This document shows, one piece after another, positions 10,947 to 27,264 of a DNA stretch of 64,000 nucleotides (the first letter of the stretch is position 1; each line of letters begins with the position of its first letter). The translations under genes were made by a program, and so were the position numbers. A model generated the notes under the pieces. It saw nothing but the letters and a program-made list of their open reading frames with translations, had not been told where the DNA came from and did not search any database. This DNA comes from Escherichia coli (lineage in GTDB: Bacteria; Pseudomonadota; Gammaproteobacteria; Enterobacterales; Enterobacteriaceae). The stretch lies in NCBI RefSeq assembly GCF_013122565.1, contig NZ_CP053258.1, one strand, 5' to 3'.

Positions 10947-11456
10947 TTAGTTACCCCGCAGCAGACGCATCATGTCTTCTTGCTTCTCGTCTTCTTCCTC
11001 TTCTTCGTCATCGTCATAAGAGAGGCCGAGTTTCTGCATCAACTCATCAATACGATCCAGTTTAGCATCCACCCAGGATTGCTCTTCGGCGCTCAGGGTT
11101 TCGCCTGCTTCCAGACGTTCCAGCAGCGCATCCAGACGCTCATCCGTTTCCAGTAATTCCAACTCCGCCTGCGGTGAAAGCATAGGTTTCTCACTCTTCG
11201 GTTTGTGCTGTTTGGTGACTTTTTCAGTCACGCCCAATGGAATAGGGGTTTTGCTGCCAATACGTGGATCTTTCGGTGCGTTCTGGCCTTTGCTGCCTGA
11301 CGTGGTGTTACCGCCCGCTGCGCGGCTGCCCGGCGCATGACCACGACGTTTTTTCTGACGCTTACGGTCACGAGCTTCCTGATCCAGCTCCTCGCGTGTT
11401 TTTCGACGCGCTTTTGCATGACCTTTGCTGCGTGAGTTTGAAGATGATGGTTTCAT
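10947..11456 (-). CDS. yihI: Der GTPase-activating protein YihI
   Basis: Highly basic N-terminus, acidic C-terminal tail [14 protein letters not shown]; start set at internal MKPSSSNSR. Confidence 0.85.
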   Translation of the reverse strand: MKPSSSNSRSKGHAKARRKTREELDQEARDRKRQKKRRGHAPGSRAAGGNTTSGSKGQNAPKDPRIGSKTPIPLGVTEKVTKQHKPKSEKPMLSPQAELELLETDERLDALLERLEAGETLSAEEQSWVDAKLDRIDELMQKLGLSYDDDEEEEEDEKQEDMMRLLRGN

Positions 11457-11524
11457 AATGGTTCGTCTTTTAGCCGTTTTATTCAGTATAGATTTGCGGC
11501 GGAATCTAACAGAAAGCAAGCAAA

Positions 11525-11789
11525 GAAAAAAGGCGACAGATTACTCTGTCGCCTTTTTTCCTGACTCATAACCCTTAACGGGTCTTACAATCCTTGCAGG
11601 CCGCCAACACACCCTGTTTTTCCATTAGCCGGAACAATCCGTGTTGATTCCATTTCCGTTTAATTACGTCTCCGGACGTTTGTCTTCCTGACAATCCTCT
11701 GTCTTCGCCTCCTGGCGCTCCTGACCCTCATCCTGAGTCATTGTTCCTGTTAGCGTCCTCGCTCTATGGGTGCTACTTTACGCCTTTGC
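11525..11789 (-). ncRNA. csrC: CsrC small RNA (CsrA-sequestering)
   Basis: Reverse complement reads ATAGAGCGAGGACGCTAACAGGAACAATGACTCAGGATGAGGGTCAGGAGCG... with many GGA motifs, ending in the hairpin aaggcgacagagtaatctgtcgcc + U-run; sits between engB and yihI. Confidence 0.85.
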
Positions 11790-12037
11790 TTTAAACAAAC
11801 AATCAACCGCCATCAGCATTTGCACATTTTCAGAGTTTTATATAAAAGCAATTAGCTGATTTATATAGCTTATTTGATATGGATCGCAGAATTTTCTCTG
11901 CTATTTCGCATAAAGACTATCGGCAATGTCTCACAAAGCGTATGGCTTTTACTTACAACGCTCACGCCGAAAAATCCGCCTTTTATTATGGTTCAGGTAT
12001 AATCGCCACAAAGCTTTGACTGACGGAGACGACCGCT

Positions 12038-12670
12038 TTGACTAATTTGAATTATCAACAGACGCATTTTGTGATGAGTGCGCCAGATATTCGCCACCTA
12101 CCTTCCGATACCGGAATTGAAGTGGCTTTTGCAGGCCGTTCCAACGCAGGTAAATCCAGCGCGCTGAACACGCTGACTAACCAGAAAAGCCTGGCTCGTA
12201 CCTCAAAAACCCCTGGACGCACCCAGCTTATCAACCTGTTTGAAGTGGCTGACGGCAAGCGTCTGGTTGACTTGCCTGGGTACGGTTATGCGGAAGTCCC
12301 GGAAGAGATGAAGCGCAAATGGCAGCGCGCGCTCGGCGAATACCTCGAAAAACGTCAGAGCCTGCAAGGTCTGGTGGTGCTAATGGATATTCGCCATCCG
12401 CTGAAAGATTTGGATCAGCAGATGATTGAGTGGGCGGTAGACAGCAATATCGCCGTTCTGGTGCTGCTGACCAAAGCGGACAAACTGGCAAGCGGCGCAC
12501 GTAAAGCGCAATTGAATATGGTGCGTGAAGCGGTGCTGGCGTTTAACGGTGATGTGCAGGTTGAAACGTTTTCTTCGCTGAAGAAACAAGGCGTGGACAA
12601 GCTGCGGCAGAAACTGGATACCTGGTTTAGCGAGATGCAGCCTGTAGAAGAAACGCAGGACGGCGAATAA
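12038..12670 (+). CDS. engB: Ribosome biogenesis GTPase EngB/YihA
   Basis: 210-aa ORF with [10 protein letters not shown]-loop; TTG start codon at 12038. Confidence 0.9.
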
Positions 12671-12689
12671 TTTTCTTGCCTTAAAGCTT

Positions 12690-12772
12690 GTGCCGGATGT
12701 GGCGTATCCGGCCCGTAAATTCAATAGATTACAATTCTACCGTTGGCCTGATAAACATGGCGCATCAGGCAT
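12690..12772. repeat. REP elements
   Basis: gccggatgtggcgtatccggc ... ggcctgataaacatggcgcatcaggc. Confidence 0.7.
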
Positions 12773-12795
12773 TACGGACTTTTTCTTTCGCCCAA

Positions 12796-12904
12796 TAAAA
12801 AACGCCCCAGTCATTACTGACTGGGGCGGCTAAAATATTCAGCCAAATCCGATTACGTGAAGTAAAAGGTCTGAAAGATAGAACATCTTACCTCTGTACC
12901 CTAC
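12796..12904 (-). ncRNA. spf: Spot 42 small RNA
   Basis: Reverse complement reads GTAGGGTACAGAGGTAAGATGTTCTATCTTTCAGACC...GCCGCCCCAGTCAGTAATGACTGGGGCGTTTTTTATT, matching Spot 42 and its terminator; located between polA and engB. Confidence 0.9.
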
Positions 12905-13051
12905 GCGACTAACTTTACTCTTTTTTGTTCAGTTCAGAAAGCACTTTTTGTAATTTTTTTTCAGTTGTTGCATAGGAATTTCTAATAGCCATCACAAAAC
13001 GTGACAGCTTATGTTGCTTACTTACGAAAAAAGGGCATGTTCAGGCGAATC

Positions 13052-15838
13052 TTAGTGCGCCTGATCCCAGTTTTCGCCACTCCCCACTTCCACCAGCAAC
13101 GGCACATCCAGACGGGTACAGTTTTCCATCAGTTGATGAATCTGCTTCGCGACGGCATCGACATCATCTTTATGAACTTCAAATACCAGTTCATCGTGTA
13201 CCTGCATGATCATACGCACACGCGGTTGCTCAGCCTGTAACCACGCATCAACGGCAATCATCGCCCGTTTGATAATGTCGGCGGCGGTTCCCTGCATTGG
13301 CGCGTTAATAGCTGCACGTTCAGCCGCTGCACGACGAGCACCATTGCTGGATTTGATATCCGGCAGATACAGACGGCGTCCGTCCAGCGTTTCAACGTAG
13401 CCCTGCTCTTTCGCCTGAGCACGGGTGCGTTCCATATACTCCAGCACGCCAGGGTAGCGTTCGAAGTAAAGGTCCATGTACTTCTGCGCTTCTTTACGTG
13501 GAATGTTCAATTGCCGCGCCAGACCGAAAGCACTCATGCCATAAATCAGACCAAAGTTGATCGCTTTCGCGCTACGGCGTTGCTCGCTGGTGACGGTTTC
13601 CAGTGGCAAACCAAACACTTCTGCCGCCGTTGCCCGGTGGATATCTTTTCCTTCCGCGAATGCGGTCAGCAAGCCTTTGTCACGCGAGAGATGCGCCATA
13701 ATGCGCAGTTCAATCTGCGAGTAGTCCGCTGAGACAATCACATAATCCTCTGGCGCAATAAACGCCTGGCGGATACGACGACCTTCTTCGTTACGCACCG
13801 GAATGTTTTGCAGGTTAGGATCGGTTGACGATAAACGTCCCGTTGCAGTTACTGCCTGGTGATAAGAGGTATGCACACGCCCGGTTTTCGGGTTGATCAT
13901 CAGCGGCAGCTTGTCGGTGTAAGTCGACTTCAGCTTCGCCAGACCACGATACTCCAGAATCACTTTTGGCAACGGATAGTCCAGCGCCAGTTCTTCCAGT
14001 ACCTCTTCCGACGTTGACGGCGCGCCACCCGGCGTTTTCTTCAGCGGTTTAATGCCCTGTTTTTCAAACAGAATGGTTTGTAACTGCTTGGTGGAAGAAA
14101 GGTTAAATTCTTCACCTGCAATTTCATGCGCTTTCTTTTCCAGCTCAGCAAGACGAAGGGTGAGCTCTTCAGAATGATTGTGCAGCACTTTCGGATCGAT
14201 CTTCACACCGTTACGTTCAATGCGTGAAAGCACCGGCACCAGCGGCATTTCGATATTCTCGAAGACGTTCAACGGCCCTTTGTGTTTTTGCAGATCCGGC
14301 CACATTTTCAGATGCAACTGCAAGGTGACATCCGCATCTTCGGCGGCGTAACGTCCGGCCTCTTCGAGGGCAATCTGGTTAAAGGTCAGTTGATTTTTGC
14401 CTTTACCCGCAATCTCTTCAAAAGTGATGGTTTTGTGCTTCAACCAACGTTCCGCGAGGCTGTCCATATCGTGACGCCCGGCAACGCTATTGAGAATGTA
14501 GGACTCCAGCATGGTATCAAACGCAATCCCACGCAGCTCAATGCCGTAATTCGCCAGAATACCGCGGTCGTATTTCAGGTTTTGCCCGACCTTCAGCGCC
14601 TTTTCATTTTCCAGCAGCGGTTTTAGCAACTCGAGTGCACGCTCGCGAGAGATTTGATCGGGCGCATCAAGATAATCATGAGCAACCGGAATATATGCCG
14701 CTACGCCTGGCTCGATAGCAAAAGAAAGCCCGACCAGGTTAGCAGAGATGTTATCGAGGCTGTCGGTTTCGGTATCAAATGCAAATACCGGCGCTTTTTC
14801 CAGCTTCGCAATCCACGCTTTCAGTGTTTCTTCATCAAGGATGGTGACGTAGTTGTCATAAGAAATCACCGTTGCCGTCACTTCTGGCGCTTCGTCTGCA
14901 ACACTGGTTTCCTGCGGTCTGGCTGCGGGTTTCGCCCCTTTAGCCTGTAACCATTTGCCCGCTTCGACATCAGCAGTCCAGCGTTTGAACTCATACTTTT
15001 TGAACAGCCCCAACAACTCTTCCGCCGCCGGTTGCTGCACTTCCAGTTGTTCACAGGTCAGCTCCAGTTCAACGTCGGTTTTAATCGTCGCCAGCTGGTA
15101 TGAGAGATAAGCAACTTCTTTGTTTTGCTCGAGCTTCGCTGCCATTGTTTTCGCGCCACGGAAGCTCAACCCAGCAATTTTTTCTGGCTCGGCATACAGC
15201 GTATCCAGTCCGCCAAGACCTTGCAGCAATGCCTGCGCGGTTTTTTCACCGACGCCCGGTACGCCAGGGATGTTATCAGAGGAGTCACCCATCAGCGCCA
15301 GGAAGTCGATGATCAGTTCAGGCGGCACGCCGTACTTATTCACCACCTCTTCCGGTCCGAGGATGGTATTCGTCATGGTATTGATAAGCGTAATATTTGG
15401 CGTCACCAGCTGCGCCATATCTTTATCGCCAGTGCTGATCAGCACCGGACGCCCAGCTTTTTCGGCTTCGCGCGCCAGAGTACCGATAACGTCGTCCGCT
15501 TCTACGCCAGAAACCGCCAGCAGCGGCAGTCCCATCGCTTTAACCATCGCGTGCAGAGGTTCGATTTGTGCTCGCAGATCGTCCGGCATTGGCGGGCGAT
15601 GTGATTTGTAATGTTCAAACAGTTCATCACGAAAGGTTTTTCCCTTGGCGTCAAAGACCACCGCTGCATGCGTCGGTTTATATTGCATGATCAGACTGCG
15701 CAGCATGTTGAGGACACCATACATCGCACCGGTAGGCTCGCCTGCGCTGTTAGTCAGCGGGGGAAACGCGTGATATGCGCGATAAAGATAAGATGAACCA
15801 TCTACAAGGATAAGTGGATTTTGGGGGATCTGAACCAT
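13052..15838 (-). CDS. polA: DNA polymerase I
   Basis: 928-aa [28 protein letters not shown]...; 5'-3' exo, 3'-5' exo and polymerase domains. Confidence 0.97.
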   Translation of the reverse strand: MVQIPQNPLILVDGSSYLYRAYHAFPPLTNSAGEPTGAMYGVLNMLRSLIMQYKPTHAAVVFDAKGKTFRDELFEHYKSHRPPMPDDLRAQIEPLHAMVKAMGLPLLAVSGVEADDVIGTLAREAEKAGRPVLISTGDKDMAQLVTPNITLINTMTNTILGPEEVVNKYGVPPELIIDFLALMGDSSDNIPGVPGVGEKTAQALLQGLGGLDTLYAEPEKIAGLSFRGAKTMAAKLEQNKEVAYLSYQLATIKTDVELELTCEQLEVQQPAAEELLGLFKKYEFKRWTADVEAGKWLQAKGAKPAARPQETSVADEAPEVTATVISYDNYVTILDEETLKAWIAKLEKAPVFAFDTETDSLDNISANLVGLSFAIEPGVAAYIPVAHDYLDAPDQISRERALELLKPLLENEKALKVGQNLKYDRGILANYGIELRGIAFDTMLESYILNSVAGRHDMDSLAERWLKHKTITFEEIAGKGKNQLTFNQIALEEAGRYAAEDADVTLQLHLKMWPDLQKHKGPLNVFENIEMPLVPVLSRIERNGVKIDPKVLHNHSEELTLRLAELEKKAHEIAGEEFNLSSTKQLQTILFEKQGIKPLKKTPGGAPSTSEEVLEELALDYPLPKVILEYRGLAKLKSTYTDKLPLMINPKTGRVHTSYHQAVTATGRLSSTDPNLQNIPVRNEEGRRIRQAFIAPEDYVIVSADYSQIELRIMAHLSRDKGLLTAFAEGKDIHRATAAEVFGLPLETVTSEQRRSAKAINFGLIYGMSAFGLARQLNIPRKEAQKYMDLYFERYPGVLEYMERTRAQAKEQGYVETLDGRRLYLPDIKSSNGARRAAAERAAINAPMQGTAADIIKRAMIAVDAWLQAEQPRVRMIMQVHDELVFEVHKDDVDAVAKQIHQLMENCTRLDVPLLVEVGSGENWDQAH

Positions 15839-15960
15839 AATGTCCGTGCCTGTTTATCAGTTTATGGGTAAAGGATGCCACAGACAGGATGAAAACATGA
15901 GTTTTTCGCCGCTTTTCGTGAAAATCTTTTGTAGATCTTCTGGATCGCTCGCAAATCGTC

Positions 15961-15969
15961 ATGTGGATA
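15961..15969 (-). promoter_or_regulatory. DnaA box (TTATCCACA) in polA upstream region
   Basis: tgtggataa on + strand is a perfect reverse-complement DnaA box; a second near-consensus box (tgtggatag) lies near 16101. Confidence 0.5.
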
Positions 15970-16201
15970 ACTTTGTGCATAAATTATTTACATCGCTTTT
16001 AATTTATTATCATGCTTTTTACAGCATGATGTTTGTCTTTGTTTTTCATGTAGTTAAAAATAAAGCCATCCCTAATAATTGAGATAATGGGATTTTTTCT
16101 AATGTGGATAGATATGAATTATTTTTCTCCTTAAGGATCATCCGTTATTTGGGGCGTTTTCTGCTAAAATCTGCGCCTTGCGCTTCTTTAGCGCACTGTC
16201 T

Positions 16202-17134
16202 ATGGCTAACCTTTTGAATAAATTCATTATGACGAGAATACTCGCTGCGATAACCCTTTTGCTGAGTATCGTATTGACCATTTTGGTCACTATTTTTTGC
16301 TCCGTCCCGATCATCATTGCCGGGATTGTAAAACTATTGCTACCTGTGCCAGTCATTTGGCGAAAGGTTTCGCGTTTTTGTGATTTTATGATGTATTGCT
16401 GGTGCGAAGGTCTGGCGGTATTACTGCATCTGAACCCACACCTGCAATGGGAAGTTCACGGGCTGGAAGGGTTAAGTAAGAAGAACTGGTATCTGCTTAT
16501 TTGTAACCACCGTAGTTGGGCAGATATTGTCGTACTGTGCGTGCTGTTTCGTAAGCACATTCCGATGAATAAATATTTCCTCAAGCAGCAACTGGCCTGG
16601 GTGCCTTTTCTTGGCCTGGCGTGCTGGGCGCTGGATATGCCGTTTATGAAGCGTTATTCCCGCGCTTATTTATTACGTCATCCGGAGCGACGTGGTAAAG
16701 ATGTCGAAACCACTCGGCGTTCTTGTGAAAAGTTTCGCCTGCATCCCACCACAATTGTCAATTTCGTTGAAGGCTCCCGTTTCACGCAAGAAAAACATCT
16801 ACAAACCCACTCCACTTTTCAAAACTTGTTGCCACCAAAGGCGGCAGGCATTGCGATGGCGCTAAATGTACTGGGTAAACAATTCGATAAACTTCTTAAT
16901 GTTACGCTGTGTTATCCGGACAATAACCGTCAGCCGTTCTTCGATATGTTAAGCGGTAAACTGACGCGAATTGTCGTACATGTGGATTTGCAGCCTATTT
17001 CCGATGAGTTACATGGCGACTACATCAATGACAAAAGCTTTAAGCGCCATTTTCAGCAATGGCTGAACTCACTGTGGCAGGAAAAAGACCGGCTTCTGAC
17101 GTCGTTGATGTCATCACAGCGGCAGGACAAGTAA
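16202..17134 (+). CDS. yihG: Acyltransferase (1-acyl-sn-glycerol-3-phosphate acyltransferase family) YihG
   Basis: NHRSWADI acyltransferase motif, N-terminal TM segment; start set at MANLLNKF. Confidence 0.85.
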   Translation: MANLLNKFIMTRILAAITLLLSIVLTILVTIFCSVPIIIAGIVKLLLPVPVIWRKVSRFCDFMMYCWCEGLAVLLHLNPHLQWEVHGLEGLSKKNWYLLICNHRSWADIVVLCVLFRKHIPMNKYFLKQQLAWVPFLGLACWALDMPFMKRYSRAYLLRHPERRGKDVETTRRSCEKFRLHPTTIVNFVEGSRFTQEKHLQTHSTFQNLLPPKAAGIAMALNVLGKQFDKLLNVTLCYPDNNRQPFFDMLSGKLTRIVVHVDLQPISDELHGDYINDKSFKRHFQQWLNSLWQEKDRLLTSLMSSQRQDK

Positions 17135-17140
17135 ATTTTG

Positions 17141-17172
17141 CTCGCCTCTGAATGAGCAGAGGCGAGTGAGTA
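17141..17172. terminator. Bidirectional terminator between convergent yihG and yihF
   Basis: ctcgcctctg-aatgag-cagaggcgag hairpin flanked by T/A runs. Confidence 0.65.
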
Positions 17173-17174
17173 TT

Positions 17175-18605
17175 TTAATGAACAAAACGTCCGGCACGAG
17201 ACATAAATTCTTCTTCGCTCATCTCCTGTCCGTTAAAAACAACTTTACCCGGTGTATAACGCAGTTGCAGCGAGGCGGTATTGTTGTCAATCGTGATTAA
17301 CTGAAACATCTGACCTAAGGTCATCATCCCGCTGATTTGTTTATCAGCCTGCTTTTGCGCTTTTTCCGCATCCATTCCTTCAGATAAATTAAGCTGTTTT
17401 GCGATTTCTGTGACGACATTAAGCGGTAACTTCACATCAAAATTGAGCGATTTGATATCTTTGTTTGTGGATGATGAAGATTTGGCTGGGTCGGCAATAC
17501 TGATATCCAGATTGGCATTTAGTTCGCCGAGTGCGTTCTTCCATCTTACCGGTTGTTTAATGGTCGGCTCACTTTGTTGTAATAACGGTAAATACTCTTT
17601 GAACAATGCAGCATTCACTTCTTGCAGAGCAACTTCATCGTTTGCTAACTCAGGGTGTGCAGCAAGCTGCTTCTGCATCGCAATGTTATAATGGATGATA
17701 AATTGGCGCACTGCTGAGGGATCAATAGATTCAGCAATCAATGACCACTCACCACTACCGAGTTGCTGATTCCCTTTTGTTAACTTATCAAGTTCGTAGG
17801 TCAGATTGACATTGATATAATCTTTGTCTTTAACGCGATCCAGCCTGGTTTTTGCAACGAAAGCATCGATTTGGGCAACGTCTTCCCCCTGATTGATAAT
17901 ATTAACCTGATTAAATTTCGACTCGCTTTCACCAACCGGAAATTTCTTTTCTTCTAATCGTGTCAGAGAATCAATGGTAAAACTTTTTGCCGTTACTTTG
18001 TTCATTGGTGATAATTGCAGAACAATATCTTCGACTTTGCCTTCAATATCCAGGTTAGACAATGAACTACCATCACCATTAAAAGTAAACTGGCCTTCAC
18101 CAAAGGAAAACTTTCCATACTCTGCAGGGGCAACATCTAATGTCGTGGAGAAGGAGCCACCAAACGCGAATCGCAATGTTGCTTCCACGGGCGATTTATT
18201 TTTCGCGGCAATAAATAGCGGTTGTGTCAGTTCATTATTCACTAAGCTCACTTTTGCCGCTGCCAGTGCTGGGATGACATTACCATGCATTAACATTGTG
18301 ATGGGCAACGGACCGTGCTCAACATCCACATCAAATGCAACTTTCTGGCCTGGCTTGATATTGAGATCGGGTGCACCGTTATCAAATGAAATTTGCATTT
18401 GAAAATGGGAATTAAAAAAGCCTTTGTCAAAGTTTTTATAACTTAACGTCATATCGTAGGCATGTTCACCTTTCTTTTTAGCATCGTTAAAATCTTTAAT
18501 AAATTTTTCGACACCAGGCTGAATTTGCGTACCTGTGTACCATGTGCCACCACCCCAGATTACGGCTAACGCAACAATAACACCTGTAGCTGACTTACGT
18601 ATCAT
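17175..18605 (-). CDS. yihF: DUF945-family exported protein YihF
   Basis: ORF with signal-anchor-like N-terminus; start set at MIRKSATGVIVALAV. Confidence 0.8.
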   Translation of the reverse strand: MIRKSATGVIVALAVIWGGGTWYTGTQIQPGVEKFIKDFNDAKKKGEHAYDMTLSYKNFDKGFFNSHFQMQISFDNGAPDLNIKPGQKVAFDVDVEHGPLPITMLMHGNVIPALAAAKVSLVNNELTQPLFIAAKNKSPVEATLRFAFGGSFSTTLDVAPAEYGKFSFGEGQFTFNGDGSSLSNLDIEGKVEDIVLQLSPMNKVTAKSFTIDSLTRLEEKKFPVGESESKFNQVNIINQGEDVAQIDAFVAKTRLDRVKDKDYINVNLTYELDKLTKGNQQLGSGEWSLIAESIDPSAVRQFIIHYNIAMQKQLAAHPELANDEVALQEVNAALFKEYLPLLQQSEPTIKQPVRWKNALGELNANLDISIADPAKSSSSTNKDIKSLNFDVKLPLNVVTEIAKQLNLSEGMDAEKAQKQADKQISGMMTLGQMFQLITIDNNTASLQLRYTPGKVVFNGQEMSEEEFMSRAGRFVH

Positions 18606-18713
18606 ATAAATATTCCCTGATAAAACAGCAAAACTTTGAATATCCACTTATGCTGAAATAATGTCCAGCGGCAGGATGCATTATCAGAATGTATTTATAT
18701 TTATTAAATAATA

Positions 18714-18743
18714 AAAAAAGCCCGTGAATATTCACGGGCTTTA
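18714..18743 (-). terminator. Intrinsic terminator downstream of dsbA
   Basis: aaagcccgtgaatattcacgggcttttttt on the minus strand. Confidence 0.75.
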
Positions 18744-18759
18744 TGTAATTTACATTGAA

Positions 18760-19386
18760 TTATTTTTTCTCGGACAGATATTTCACTGTATCAGCATACT
18801 GCTGAACAAAAACATCCATATTGCTGGTATCCATACCCTGCGGATTCAGCTGATATTTACCGTTAACAAACATCGCCGGAACACCACGCAATTGCACGTC
18901 AGCTGCAGCTTTTTCCTGCTGAGCGACCAGAGATTTCACCACGAAGCTGTTCCACGCCGCGTCGTACTCTTCACCTTTAATACCTGCGTTGATAAATACA
19001 TCGCGGATATCAGAAGCAGAACGAATGGTCTGGGTTTTCTGTACGCCTTCAAACAGCGGAACAGTGACTTTGTCTTCCACGCCCAGCGCCATCGCCACAG
19101 CCCATGCCTGAGTCAGATCTTTGCCCAGGTCACCACCCATGAAGTTGACGTGGTATTTAGTCATCTTCACGCCTTCCGGCAGTTTTTTCTTCACATTATC
19201 AGAAATATGCAGAACTTCTTCAAACTGATAGCAGTGCGGGCAGAAGAAAGAGAAAAACTCCAGCACTTGCGGCGCGCCAGCTACCGGTTTTTCCAGGGTA
19301 GTGTACTGTTTACCATCTTCATACTGCGCCGCCGATGTGCTAAACGCTAAAACTAAACCAGCCAGCGCCAGCCAAATCTTTTTCAT
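18760..19386 (-). CDS. dsbA: Periplasmic thiol:disulfide oxidoreductase DsbA
   Basis: 208-aa ORF with signal peptide and CPHC active site. Confidence 0.97.
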
Positions 19387-19402
19387 GATCTACTCTCTCC
19401 GA

Positions 19403-20389
19403 TTAATACATAGGTGTTAATTGCAAAGGGGGTTCTTGTAGAACTTTTGCCTGTTCTATAAAAGTCGCCGTCTGTCGTAGCCAGTAATCTTCCCCGGTTA
19501 ACCACGGGAAATTTTTCGGGAACGCGGGATCAGCCCAACGCCGTATTAGCCAGGCAAGATAATAAACCAAACGCATGGCGCGTAAAGGTTCAATCAGTCC
19601 GATTTCAGCGGTGTCGAACTCGCTAAATTCTTCATAAGCTTCAATAATAGTTTCCAGTTGCATCCGCTGCTCGGCTTTATCGCCATTGAGCAACATCCAC
19701 AAATCCTGAATAGCTGGACCATTACGTGCATCATCCAGATCAACAAACATTGGACCATCGCGCCAGAGAATATTCCCGGCGTGGCAGTCTCCATGTAGCC
19801 GCAGAACGGTGAAATCTTCCCGCCAGTGTGCTGTAACGGCGGCGATCAGCTCATCTGTCGCTTTCAGGAATGCCGCTTTCAACCCGGAAGGTATCAGTGT
19901 AGCGTCCTCAAACAGCTTGCGTGGCTCAATGAGATATTCATTCAGACCGATGGTCGGGCGATGGATAAAAAGCTGTTTGCGCCCCGTCTGGTGCATACGC
20001 CCTAAATAACGCCCAACCGCTTCCATCTGATCGATATTATCAGCTTCGAACTGGCGACCACCGACGCTGGGAAAAACAGCGAAATAAAATCCCTGATGAT
20101 TCAATAAAGTCTGACCGTTAAAAGCCACAGGTGCTGCAACCGGAACTTCATCATTTACCAGCTGCAACGCAAATTGATGTTCTTCGAGGATTTGATCGGC
20201 TGTCCAACGTTCAGGACGATAAAATTTGACGACAAAACGTCGACGATCTTCGTCCTGAAATTGATAGACACGGTTTTCATAGCTGTTAAGCGGGGTAAGA
20301 CCGGAATCCACCCGGATCCCATGCTCAAACAGAGCGTCCATGATGGTATCCGGGTGTAGTGTCTGGAAAGTAAAAGCGCTGTTGTTCAT
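19403..20389 (-). CDS. srkA: Stress response Ser/Thr kinase SrkA (YihE)
   Basis: 328-aa ORF with kinase-like HGDCHAGNIL and DLDD motifs; immediately upstream of dsbA. Confidence 0.9.
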   Translation of the reverse strand: MNNSAFTFQTLHPDTIMDALFEHGIRVDSGLTPLNSYENRVYQFQDEDRRRFVVKFYRPERWTADQILEEHQFALQLVNDEVPVAAPVAFNGQTLLNHQGFYFAVFPSVGGRQFEADNIDQMEAVGRYLGRMHQTGRKQLFIHRPTIGLNEYLIEPRKLFEDATLIPSGLKAAFLKATDELIAAVTAHWREDFTVLRLHGDCHAGNILWRDGPMFVDLDDARNGPAIQDLWMLLNGDKAEQRMQLETIIEAYEEFSEFDTAEIGLIEPLRAMRLVYYLAWLIRRWADPAFPKNFPWLTGEDYWLRQTATFIEQAKVLQEPPLQLTPMY

Positions 20390-20465
20390 CCTATCATCCG
20401 GAAAACATTACGAATGATGAAGGATATCATTTCACGATGATTTTGGTGGCGCCGCTTACAAGCTT

Positions 20466-20735
20466 TTACTCTTTAATTACGCCGCGAGCGCGTAACAGCG
20501 CCGTTTTGAAGTCTTCTTCATAATCTTTCTGCAAACCCGGGATCACCGCATCTTTCGCGGAATCACGCATTTTCAGGTGATAGATCAGAATGTCATCCGT
20601 CAAATCCGCCAGTTCGCCGTCAAAACCTGACTCTTTCGCCAGTTTCTGCAAAAATTGCAACAGGTTAAGGTCTGGCTCTTTTTGCCAGGCTGGCTGGAGG
20701 AGTTCAATAACTTCATTCAGACGTTTACATTTCAT
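20466..20735 (-). CDS. yihD: DUF1040 protein YihD
   Basis: Start set at [23 protein letters not shown]; 89 aa. Confidence 0.85.
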
Positions 20736-20804
20736 AGTGATGCTCCTTACTCTTGAGACAGACACGTTAGCAGGGTCAATCCCACAATAAAAGAGGCGAT
20801 ATCG

Positions 20805-21389
20805 GTGAATCTGATGACGACGATAACAGGCGTTGTGCTGGCGGGCGGTAAAGCCAGACGAATGGGCGGCGTAGATAAAGGATTGCTGGAATTAAATGGC
20901 AAACCGCTGTGGCAACATGTCGCTGACGCGCTTATGACGCAGCTCTCTCACGTCGTGGTTAATGCTAATCGTCATCAGGAAATCTATCAGGCAAGCGGTC
21001 TGAAAGTGATTGAAGATTCACTGGCGGATTACCCAGGCCCTCTGGCAGGAATGCTTTCAGTAATGCAGCAGGAAGCTGGTGAGTGGTTTTTGTTTTGTCC
21101 GTGCGATACGCCTTACATTCCCCATGATTTAGCCGCCCGGCTTAATCATCAGCGCAAAGATGCGCCTGTCGTGTGGGTCCATGACGGTGAACGCGATCAC
21201 CCGACTATTGCTCTGGTAAACCGCGCTATTGAGCCTTTGTTGCAGGAATATTTGCAAACCGGAGAACGACGGGTAATGGCATTCTTGCGTCTGGCTGGCG
21301 GGCATGCGGTTGATTTCAGCGATCATAAAGATGCATTTGTTAACGTGAATACGCCAGAGGAGCTTGCCCGATGGCAGGAAAAACGATGA
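20805..21389 (+). CDS. mobA: Molybdenum cofactor guanylyltransferase MobA
   Basis: 194-aa [20 protein letters not shown] nucleotide-binding motif. Confidence 0.93.
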
Positions 21390-21898
21390 TACCGTTGCTC
21401 GCCTTTGCTGCGTGGAGTGGCACCGGAAAAACTACGCTTTTGAAAAAACTGATCCCGGCATTATGCACCAGAGGGATCCGTCCGGGGCTGATTAAGCATA
21501 CGCACCATGATATGGATGTTGATAAGCCAGGCAAAGATAGCTATGAGCTGCGCAAGGCTGGCGCGGCACAAACCATCGTTGCCAGCCAGCAACGATGGGC
21601 CTTGATGACGGAAACACCAGACGAAGAAGAGCTGGATCTACATTTTCTCGCCAGTCGAATGGATACCTCAAAGCTGGATTTGATTCTGGTCGAAGGGTTT
21701 AAGCATGAAGAGATCGCAAAGATTGTGCTGTTTCGCGATAGAGCCGGGCATCGACCGGAAGAATTAGTGATAGACAGGCATGTTATTGCTGTAGCCAGTG
21801 ATGTGCCGCTTAATCTTGATGTCGCGTTACTGGATATTAATGATGTTGAGGGGCTGGCTGATTTTGTGGTGGAGTGGATGCAAAAGCAGGACGGATAA
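21371..21898 (+). CDS. mobB: Molybdopterin-guanine dinucleotide biosynthesis adapter MobB
   Basis: 175-aa ORF with Walker A GTGKTT; overlaps mobA 3' end. Confidence 0.92.
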   Translation: MAGKTMIPLLAFAAWSGTGKTTLLKKLIPALCTRGIRPGLIKHTHHDMDVDKPGKDSYELRKAGAAQTIVASQQRWALMTETPDEEELDLHFLASRMDTSKLDLILVEGFKHEEIAKIVLFRDRAGHRPEELVIDRHVIAVASDVPLNLDVALLDINDVEGLADFVVEWMQKQDG

Positions 21899-21904
21899 GC
21901 AAGA

Positions 21905-21950
21905 GTAGGCTGGATAAGACGCGCCAGCGTCGCATCCGGCATTTTTTTCT
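21905..21950. repeat. REP element
   Basis: ggctggataagacgcgccagcgtcgcatccggc. Confidence 0.7.
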
Positions 21951-21954
21951 GCGC

Positions 21955-21990
21955 CAATGCAAAAAGGCCATCCGTCAGGATGGCCTTTCG
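21955..21990 (-). terminator. rrn operon terminator downstream of 5S rRNA
   Basis: aaaggccatcctgacggatggccttttt hairpin on the minus strand. Confidence 0.8.
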
Positions 21991-21999
21991 CTTAATTTG

Positions 22000-22119
22000 A
22001 TGCCTGGCAGTTCCCTACTCTCGCATGGGGAGACCCCACACTACCATCGGCGCTACGGCGTTTCACTTCTGAGTTCGGCATGGGGTCAGGTGGGACCACC
22101 GCGCTACGGCCGCCAGGCA
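22000..22119 (-). rRNA. rrfA: 5S ribosomal RNA
   Basis: Reverse complement matches TGCCTGGCGGCCGTAGCGCGGTGGTCCCACCTGACCCCATGCCGAACTCAG...GGGAACTGCCAGGCAT. Confidence 0.97.
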
Positions 22120-22211
22120 AATTCTGTTTTATCAGACCGCTTCTGCGTTCTGATTTAATCTGGATCAGGCTGAAAATCTTCTCTCATCCGCCAAAACAGC
22201 TTCGGCGTTGT

Positions 22212-25115
<2,904 letters not shown>

Positions 25116-25289
25116 TCACAACCCGAAGATGTTTCACTTCAGAGTTGCGAAAATTTGAGAGACTCACGAACAACTTTCGTTGTTCAGTGTTTCAATTTTC
25201 AGCTTGATCCAGATTTTTAAAGAGCAAAACTTCGCAGTGAACCTTTGCAGGTACACTCTGAAGTATTTTTTATTTAATCACTACAGAGA

Positions 25290-25365
25290 TGGTGGAGCTA
25301 TGCGGGATCGAACCGCAGACCTCCTGCGTGCAAAGCAGGCGCTCTCCCAGCTGAGCTATAGCCCC
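25290..25365 (-). tRNA. alaT: tRNA-Ala (anticodon UGC), rrn spacer
   Basis: rc = GGGGCTATAGCTCAGCTGGGAGAGCGCCTGCTTTGCACGCAGGAGGTCTGCGGTTCGATCCCGCATAGCTCCACCA. Confidence 0.97.
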
Positions 25366-25407
25366 ATAACATGTAGTTAAAACCTCTTCAAATTTGCGGT
25401 GCAAATT

Positions 25408-25484
<77 letters not shown>

Positions 25485-25552
25485 GTAGAGGTTTTACTGC
25501 TCATTTTCATCAGACAATCTGTGTGAGCACTGCAAAGTACAGTTCTTTAAGG

Positions 25553-27094
<1,542 letters not shown>

Positions 27095-27264
27095 AAAAGT
27101 TTGATGCTCAAAGAATTAAACTTCGTAATGAATTACGTGTTCACTCTTGAGACTTGGTATTCATTTTTCGTCTTGCGACGTTAAGAATCCGTATCTTCGA
27201 GTGCCCACACAGATTGTCTGATAAATTGTTAAAGAGCAGTGCCGCTTCGCTTTTTCTCAGCGGC

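Noticed and set aside
11457-11519. Longer yihI ORF starting at 11519 (190 aa)
   Set aside because: The extension would run into the csrC terminator hairpin; the internal start MKPSSS gives the expected basic N-terminus and leaves room for a promoter.
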